Part shown: piece by piece, positions 1 through 5,987 of the stretch
Layout: every line of letters starts with the position of its first letter
Position numbering within the stretch: position 1 is the first letter of the stretch
NCBI RefSeq assembly: GCF_000150275.1
Contig: NW_002061075.1
Location: 1-5,987 of the forward strand
Length of the DNA: 5,987 nucleotides
Direction: 5' to 3'
Source: Trichoplax adhaerens
Taxonomy: Eukaryota; Animalia; Placozoa
The notes under the pieces: generated by a model
Seen by the model: only the letters and a program-made list of their open reading frames with translations
Told to the model about the DNA's origin: nothing
Databases searched by the model: none
Program-made: the position numbers and the translations under genes

Positions 1-121
1 TGATCATTCAGTGCCAATGTCATATTTTCAATTTTTTTTATCTTCCTTAATAATTTACGTTATGAATGCATGATTTTATGTCTCAGAATTAGCTGCTGGA
101 TATAGTTCAGTCCAGGCTTAC

Positions 122-426
122 AATAGCAGTGATCGCTGCTGATACCTTGGCTAACAATTCCTGACTTTTACATTGTCTCATCTCACTCAGGCGCATATAA
201 TTCGGTTCAGTTTTACATGAGTTGGAGTTGTCGGTGGTTTCCGATCCATTGGCTAGAGACTTCTTGCCTTTAGATTCTTTGACCATGTTTAGGTTAATAG
301 AATTTAGTTCAAGGTTATCAGGGTTGATGCCGTTACGGATTACTGATGCTTTTTCTAAAAATCCCTGGCTTCTAGCTCTCTCACCAATAAGTGTTGTAGT
401 TGATACTGTTGGAAATCTCTCATAAG
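122..426 (-). CDS. Probable cytoplasmic exon (polar tail with Tyr motifs)
   Basis: Long open frame (ORF 107..433) in otherwise stop-rich DNA. Acceptor ttgtcag|, phase 1. Ends either at the donor ATT|gtaagc (121) or at TGA 107-109. Confidence 0.6.
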
Positions 427-3400
427 CTGACAATTTCCTCGTTTTAAACGAATTTATGGATAAAGATAATAAACTTAATCATAAATCAACATTTATCATT
501 TTTATTATTTATTACAATCATAGGTAAGCATAGTTAATTAAGTTTACTTTTCTGTCAATTGCAATTTGTATACATAATAAACTTGCAAGAGCAATGAAAC
601 ATCGTGTCAAGACAAGCGAGCAGAATTTTATAGATACGGATTCTGCTTTCATAATAAATTATGAGTCCTTAATTAATTACATGGTTAGGGATGATTTAAT
701 CGACTATCTATTACAAATGCATGTATTACCCTACCACGATTGCTTTGCTACTGGGTAAAAATTAAATCAAATTTTCGGAAGTCAACAGTAAACTGTGAAT
801 TTTATGTTAGAAAATCAGTGCCACGTCAATTACTTCATGGATGACGGTAATGACTTGGTTAATTTAAGCTTTCTTATCTACTATGATTACATTCTAAGCA
901 GTATGACATTTTGCAGGGCAAACTATGGTACTATAGCTGAAAAGTTGAGTGTAAAANNNNNNNNNNNNNNNNNNNNNNNNNNNNNNNNNNNNNNNNNNNN
1001 NNNNNNNNNNNNNNNNNNNNNNNNNNNNNNNNNNNNNNNNNNNNNNNNNNNNNNNNNNNNNNNNNNNNNNNNNNNNNNNNNNNNNNNNNNNNNNNNNNNN
1101 NNNNNNNNNNNNNNNNNNNNNNNNNNNNNNNNNNNNNNNNNNNNNNNNNNNNNNNNNNNNNNNNNNNNNNNNNNNNNNNNNNNNNNNNNNNNNNNNNNNN
1201 NNNNNNNNNNNNNNNNNNNNNNNNNNCCTGATAAATTTAAATTAAGGAGTGCCCTTTTGGCCTCTTTCCAATGAACTGAGAAAATCCTATTTATATGGCA
1301 ATTACTCAAAAGTACGCTACTGTCTGCAATGTAATCACTAATTTTTCGCTTGAAGATTATCTAAACTGTTATGATAGGCTATTGTGCTGTATATATTATA
1401 TAACGCGTATTATAAAAGTAACAGAATGTAAATCAACGATGTAGCTGCTGTTAGTAATTTAATTTAATTTCTAATAATCAGCTACTGTTGAATAAGTACA
1501 GGCATTAAAATATCGAGTATTTTAATACCATACCTCGTCATCTCAATGATCCTCCTTCACTTGAGAGTTGTATATTATTTTCATGGCAAACGAAGATAGG
1601 GTTATTATTTTTATCGCTGACTCCATTTTCTAATGCCAAAGATTGATTGTAATTATTTGCTGGTAGCGGAATCATTAACAAACGCGCATATTAAACCCCA
1701 AATATTGGAATAAATAGCGGGAGTGTAAATATTTGCTAATAAAAATGATCATCAAAACATTTCGGAAGACACATCCAATCTACTATCTAATTTAAAGTCT
1801 ACTAGATGTTTCCTTACGTTAAAATAACTCAAATTCTAAGCAATCAACTAAATTTTTCCTAACAAGAACTAAATATACCTTCATGAATTGATGTGTCACC
1901 ACTGTTAGAATAATTAACTGATTCTTGATTGGCGCTAGTAATCGAGATGTTGCTGCGTCTTCGTGGGAAGCGATGCCGATATTTTCTACGATGTATTGAC
2001 TTGCTTGTAGGATAGATCTTATTTTTTGACGTTTTGATGATAGCGCAAGTTATGAACAGCATAAAAATAAGTCCGCCAATACACCCGGCAATGATACCAC
2101 CAGTTCTTGCTGAGTCTAATATGAATATGGATAATATCCGTCTATAGATACTACTACATTTACTTAAAAAAGTGATAAGCAAAGTATAGTTTACATAAAT
2201 TGCGCTATCTAGAATACGACATAGAATTACCGGGAACAAGCTCGGCATTGTTAATGGAAATCTTTGAAAGCATAAATATACTATTTTCAGAAGAGCGAAA
2301 AGAAGTTGTTGCTAGACCGACTACTTCCACCTGTAAAGTGCAATTAGTGATTTGTAAAGCTGATTTCTGATCCCGATAAATTTTGTTTTAATATTTAAAT
2401 TAGCAAAGTACATTGGAAAAGTATTACAAATACGATAAATATTGCTCTGAAAATAGACTATTTGAAAAACTAATAGAATGACTTTTATTATGACATCAGC
2501 CATAGCTGCACGAATTTGAAACTTACATAAAAATCTTCTTGCGCGAAAAAGTTATGAGATTGCCAGTTAATAGTTTTGTTCAATTCTAGATTAATAATCA
2601 GCATATCTAAGCACATGATTCTCTGCTGAATATAATTGGCGATATCGTACGATGATGCGATCGATGAGAACATTTTGTACTTGGAATGATATTTGAACCT
2701 AAATTTGAAATATATTGTTTTATAATAGGCCAAGAATCGATTAGGATTTAATTCTATAGAATGTCCTAATATGTATTAACAGTATAGGTCATCATTGGTG
2801 AAAAATAATTTAATTTCTAAAGGTGGCCATGACGAAACACAAGCTCTTACAAATGGAGGTTTTTTCATATCATGCTTTAAAACAGGACTTCTTAGTATAG
2901 CTTCTAGCGGCTTCGTAAATTTCGGAGGTCTGATGACATAAATTAGGCTACCAACTACAGTGTACCAAATATTAAATTACGACAAAGATAATCAGTTGTT
3001 AACGTTAAATTAAAGGTAAAGGTTAGATAGTGAATCAATTTCAATCAAGATATGTTCGATCTGTGATCTTAACAGATCGGCTGCAATTGTTAAGCTTTCA
3101 AATGCAACGGCAAGAGCTATATATACGGTAAGTTATTTCTTAAATTTTGCTTAGCAAAAAATTTATTTTTCCGTAATGTTATGCTTATAATACCGATATT
3201 TCTGTCCACAGATGAAGGGATATAATGATTTCCAGTGCTTGGTAACCAAAGCCATGACCAATTTCCCATAGGTGTCCACTTACAGAAACCGTCACAAAAT
3301 ATGCAACGTGTAGCTGTATCACTGCATTCTAAAATTTGTTTTAAATGGATTAATAAGACAAGGTTAGATATCTTTTATGCAACATATGGTGCACATTCTG

Positions 3401-5801
3401 ATCTTACACATCTCCGTTGGCTATTATATTATTAAATGTTATTTGTGGTTTTTATGAATCTGCTTATCATTATCAATGTACAGTTACGAAAGAATGGTAG
3501 CTAAGGTAGTAAGTATTGCCTGAATTGAACTTAATATTTGAGTTTTATATTGATCATCAGAATAAAGTGTTCAGTAATTAATCTATGCGGTACTCTATAA
3601 TTTTACAACATTAACTGTTCGTTGATGAAGTGTAGAAGACAAGCTGGGAGTTAATTTTAGTTTTTTTTACTTTTTTAAACTATTTACCTGTTGCAGAAAC
3701 TTCGTTTCCAGCTCTAATACATCGTAATGTTGCTATACTGCTTTTCGAACATGTTGGCCCATTCATGGTGATATTGAATGAGCATTGACTGAGTGAAGTT
3801 TCATAACCGTAGCAATGTAGATTGCTAATGTAAGAATTTGGTACCACATAGTTCATTAAGGTTACTAAAAGATGATAATTATAAAAGGATCTGATTAATC
3901 GCTAAGATATTTTTCCTTCACGTTAGGAGAATATTGATAGTTTATAAGAATGCAATTATGTGACAACTCATAGTTGCAAAAATTGTAGTACACCTTTACC
4001 TGAGGAAGATGAAGCAGCCAAGTAACCAAGTTGACGACAAACTACATCAGCTGCAAAATTATTCCATCCGACGGCACAAATAACTCCATTCCTACCATTT
4101 ATTTTAATATTGACATAGCCTTCTTCTGGTTTACTACCACCTCTCATAGAAACTGTGAGATGGGTTTGCGGAGTGCCGACGATAGGATCTTAATAAAATT
4201 CAATAAAAATACGACGAAGTATATCACGTTAAAACGATATCGCTTTTTTCTATCCCTAGCTGCTTTACTATTTGAAAATGCCGCACAAATGCAAATCGAT
4301 CAATTTTACGTTCCATAATATATTGTACTACAGATGTTAATAAATAATCAGTGCGGTTGTCTATAATTAACTCAAATTTTAGCATGATATCCTACCCATA
4401 AGTGAAGGCCGTGAACAAGTTATCCATAAATCTTCCGAATGAGTACATTCATTCTTGCCCCATGATAGAATGTGGCATTGGCCAAGATTACTTGCTTTTG
4501 GATTGCAATTGAAATACCGTGTAGATGTCCATATTTGTCCTCGTCCTGGATTATCAGACACTAAAGCGCAATTATTCAATAAAATAAATGCTCATTAAAG
4601 TGTGTTTCGTTGATCGATTTTAAAAGTAACAAGTGCAAATCCAACATATACAGAAATGGTATTAGTTTAGATGCTCATGCCAGTAACAGTGGCTATCATA
4701 AACTGATCGCAATGATTAAAATTATGAAAAAAGAATAATTTGTATGCCAAATATTCTTAAAATAATCAAATGGCCTCTAATTTATCACAATATACTAAAT
4801 AATGATCTAGACCTAAATTCTATGGCACTGTGCATTTTCAAATGTTATTATAAGCAATAAGTGTACCCCTAGCTCCTAAGACTGCTTCGTTGTACTGATG
4901 GAATTAACATATTAGCAAGAGACCAATAAATAGACGATGCTATTAAGTTTTATTATAGTATTATATTACTAACTTGCAACCGTGCCAAATTCGCTTTCAT
5001 TAGCTTGACGGCAAATTACAGAAGCCACTAATGATGTTTTATTATTTAAGCATATTGTTCCCCATTGTTCGCGATGATAAATTGCAACTCGGCCAGAATT
5101 TAAGACTGAATAATATTTGCGAGCGATCATAATTGGATAAATACCTGTTTCATGAACAATAAGAATAGCAAGTATTGAACCATCAAGCTTTTATTGCAAT
5201 GATTCTTACGCTATCAAATACTTAGATCTACAAGTTCAGGTTCATAAAGCATTATGTCAAGAGTATTTGAGCAAGCAATGACTGAGCTTTAGTGCGGCTT
5301 GTTAGCTTACTGCCTAACGGGTAAGGTGGAGTATTGACTTTAGGGCGTTTGCAAGCCGTAATATTGCATGATTGCCAACTTAGATTGGATAAGGTGGTAT
5401 AGCACCATGGAGCACTACGAAGGCCTCCAGGATTTCGACAATAATTAGAAGATAAATCATCATCAGTATATAACGACGAATTATAAGGGTGCGAGTGAGG
5501 ATTCTGTGAATTCCAAGATTGGCAAGAGTAGCCCTGCTTGGTAATAGATGTCTTTCCGCGATAACCTTGTCCTCGATCACTGTAGCAATCAGTTTCTAAG
5601 GAAAATAATGATATAGATCAATTAATGCAGTTGCTTGAATAATTTGATATTCTTATGTCCCTATCTTGTCTTGTTTAATCATAAATTGACTTTATTTAAT
5701 TTACTTTTACGTTGTGCTGACTTACCGATTGGATAAACAGAGACATCATCGATGAAAATGTTGCTGTTATATAGGTTAATTGCAATTCCGCGTAGCAGGA
5801 T
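122..5801 (-). CDS. Multi-exon gene (partial, 5' end outside window, 3' end probably outside): MAM/Kringle/2xSRCR/MAM single-pass transmembrane receptor
   Basis: Manual exon chain on the minus strand: 5801-5726, 5595-5311, 5144-4974, 4560-4396, 4188-4000, 3864-3688, 3328-3194, 2954-2851, ~2698-2527, 2330-2231, 2115-1879, then less certain 1659-1534, 1323-(gap), 426-122. All visible junctions are GT-AG. Phases are compatible except at 2851/2698. The translation gives recognisable domain motifs in order, followed by a hydrophobic helix and a basic stop-transfer segment. Confidence 0.9.
957..1226. other. Assembly gap (270 N)
   Basis: Run of n from 957 to 1226; the true length is unknown. Confidence 1.
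1227..1323 (-). CDS. Probable cytoplasmic exon running into the assembly gap
   Basis: Acceptor tacattgcag|, phase 1, compatible with the donors at 1879 and 1534. DSSVLLSNCHINRIFSVHWKEAKRALLNLNLS is open up to the Ns; no donor is visible. Confidence 0.45.
1534..1659 (-). CDS. Probable cytoplasmic exon containing an in-frame TGA (1538-1540) just before the donor
   Basis: Acceptor gctaccag| (alternative ggcattag| starting at 1629, same frame), phase 1. ANNYNQSLALENGVSDKNNNPIFVCHENNIQLSSEGGSLR*R, then G|gtatgg. Confidence 0.5.
1879..2115 (-). CDS. Exon: transmembrane helix and basic juxtamembrane region
   Basis: Acceptor ttcatattag|, donor AAG|gtatat, phase 1-1. DSARTGGIIAGCIGGLIFMLFITCAIIKTSKNKIYPTSKSIHRRKYRHRFPRRRSNISITSANQESVNYSNSGDTSIHE. 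A 22-residue hydrophobic stretch (2036-2101) followed by lysines indicates type I topology. Confidence 0.9.
2231..2330 (-). CDS. Exon: second MAM domain, C-terminal strands
   Basis: Branch-like ctaat, acceptor cactttacag|, donor G|gtaatt, phase 0 to 1. VEVVGLATTSFRSSENSIFMLSKISINNAELVP. Same phase and position in the domain as the 5726-5801 exon. Confidence 0.75.
2527..2698 (-). CDS. Exon: second MAM domain (5' boundary and frame uncertain)
   Basis: The donor TAT|gtaagt at 2526 is clear, and the frame ending ...LNKTINWQSHNFFAQEDFY fits the MAM W-containing strand. The first exon base could be 2698 (tttag), 2679 (ccaag) or 2625 (ttcag); see findings. Confidence 0.6.
2851..2954 (-). CDS. Exon: second MAM domain, middle part
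   Basis: Acceptor cactgtag|, donor |gtaaga, phase 1 to 0. VGSLIYVIRPPKFTKPLEAILRSPVLKHDMKKPPF matches the MAM pattern G.Y.Y.....A.L.SP. Confidence 0.78.
3194..3328 (-). CDS. Exon: second MAM domain, N-terminal part
   Basis: Acceptor aaattttag|, donor G|gtatta, phase 1-1. ECSDTATRCIFCDGFCKWTPMGNWSWLWLPSTGNHYIPSSVDRNI: the C.F..GFC.W...W and P..D pattern of a MAM start. Confidence 0.8.
3688..3864 (-). CDS. Exon: SRCR domain 2, C-terminal half
   Basis: Acceptor catcttttag|, donor CAG|gtaaat, phase 1-1. VTLMNYVVPNSYISNLHCYGYETSLSQCSFNITMNGPTCSKSSIATLRCIRAGNEVSAT: L.C.G.ETSL.QC ... C ... A.L.C. Confidence 0.92.
4000..4188 (-). CDS. Exon: SRCR domain 2, N-terminal half
   Basis: Acceptor ttttattaag|, donor CAG|gtaaag, phase 1-1. 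DPIVGTPQTHLTVSMRGGSKPEEGYVNIKINGRNGVICAVGWNNFAADVVCRQLGYLAASSSS: GG....EG.V, IC..GW...AADVVCRQLGY. Confidence 0.93.
4396..4560 (-). CDS. Exon: SRCR domain 1, C-terminal half
   Basis: Acceptor gcgctttag|, donor G|gtagga, phase 1-1. MSDNPGRGQIWTSTRYFNCNPKASNLGQCHILSWGKNECTHSEDLWITCSRPSLM: G.G.IW, L..C, WG..C.HSED...C motifs. Overlaps ORF 4379..4579. Confidence 0.92.
4974..5144 (-). CDS. Exon: SRCR domain 1, N-terminal half
   Basis: Acceptor gaaacag|, donor A|gttagt, phase 1-1. SIYPIMIARKYYSVLNSGRVAIYHREQWGTICLNNKTSLVASVICRQANESEFGTVA: matches the SRCR motifs GRVEV..QWGTVC and A.VVCRQ. Confidence 0.92.
5311..5595 (-). CDS. Exon: complete Kringle domain plus Pro-rich linker
   Basis: Acceptor attttccttag|, donor A|gtaagc, phase 1-1, 285 nt. 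ETDCYSDRGQGYRGKTSITKQGYSCQSWNSQNPHSHPYNSSLYTDDDLSSNYCRNPGGLRSAPWCYTTLSNLSWQSCNITACKRPKVNTPPYPLG: six Cys plus the YRG, CQxW, NYCRNP and PWCYT kringle motifs. This frame is not in the ORF track. Confidence 0.97.
5726..5801 (-). CDS. Exon: C-terminal strands of a MAM domain
   Basis: Acceptor gtcttag|, donor G|gtaagt, phase 0 to 1. Translates ILLRGIAINLYNSNIFIDDVSVYPI, matching the MAM C-terminal pattern (IVFEG...IAIDDISL). Confidence 0.8.
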
Positions 5802-5987
5802 CTAAGACATTTCATTAATGATTAATAGATTGGTAATTTTTAAGTTATTATCATGATTACGTTTCACTAGTAGCTATTACTCTAGATTTTATCTTGCAGA
5901 CATAGCTAAACATTTAAGTCTATAGATTTAAAGATTTGCTGTAACGCTGTCATTTTGTATTTATTGCGATAAACATCATTTCAATTA

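Noticed and set aside
222-425. 67-aa plus-strand ORF
   Set aside because: Antisense shadow of the 122-426 exon.
430-956. Possible additional small exons (e.g. after the ttttacccag acceptor at 751)
   Set aside because: Candidate frames hit stops or are too short to support; treated as intron, although a micro-exon cannot be excluded.
795-1309. Long ORFs spanning the N run (795..1274 plus, 923..1309 minus)
   Set aside because: Their length is an artefact of the Ns; only the 1227-1323 minus-strand portion is kept as a possible exon.
2116-2248. Hydrophobic N-terminal part of ORF 1859..2248, suggesting a second TM or signal peptide
   Set aside because: Mostly read-through of the 115-nt intron 2116-2230, which has a good donor and acceptor.
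2321-2503. 60-aa minus-strand ORF
   Set aside because: Lies almost entirely in the 2331-2526 intron; AT-rich chance ORF.
3091-3138. Possible small exon after an AAG acceptor at 3139
   Set aside because: Stops in all three frames within about 45 nt; the 2954 exon continues the MAM in phase.
3141-3165. Short inverted repeat (ttttgct-t-agcaaaa)
   Set aside because: AT-rich, short and intronic; expected by chance, and not a terminator in a eukaryotic context.
3194-3328. Cys-rich exon first considered an LDL receptor class A repeat
   Set aside because: Lacks the DCxDGSDE acidic motif; the C.F...FC.W...W pattern and the following exons fit MAM.
3235-3435. 66-aa plus-strand ORF
   Set aside because: Antisense shadow of the MAM exon; no independent support.
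4031-4318. 95-aa plus-strand ORF
   Set aside because: Antisense to the SRCR2 exon and its intron; no motif, non-ATG start.
5380-5580. ORF-track 66-aa minus-strand ORF (MIEDKV...) with a hydrophobic stretch
   Set aside because: Alternative-frame shadow of the kringle exon; the other frame has the full kringle signature and proper splice sites.
1-5987. CRISPR arrays, tRNA/rRNA, transposons, prokaryotic operon or defence system
   Set aside because: No spaced repeats, terminal inverted repeats, RNA-gene motifs or long intronless ORFs were seen; the window is explained by a spliceosomal exon-intron gene.

Overview
AT-rich eukaryotic (animal) genomic DNA, not prokaryotic. Almost the whole window is the middle of one intron-rich gene on the minus strand, which the ORF track largely misses because its exons are short and lack start codons. 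I spliced GT-AG exons by hand (introns 115-413 nt, mostly phase 1). This gives a single-pass type I membrane protein: [end of MAM]-Kringle-SRCR-SRCR-MAM-TM-cytoplasmic tail. The 5' end lies beyond 5987, and the gene probably continues beyond position 1. The kringle (six Cys, ...CRNPGG...PWCY...), the two 6-Cys SRCR domains and the TM helix are unambiguous; the second MAM is divergent. There are two anomalies: the strongest splice sites around one MAM exon do not preserve frame, and a cytoplasmic exon has an in-frame TGA 4 nt before a strong donor. A 270-nt N gap (957-1226) interrupts the cytoplasmic part. Several hints suggest a receptor tyrosine kinase-like receptor with an unusual ectodomain, but no kinase sequence is in the window. 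The compact introns and AT richness would fit a compact invertebrate genome such as a placozoan (inference only).
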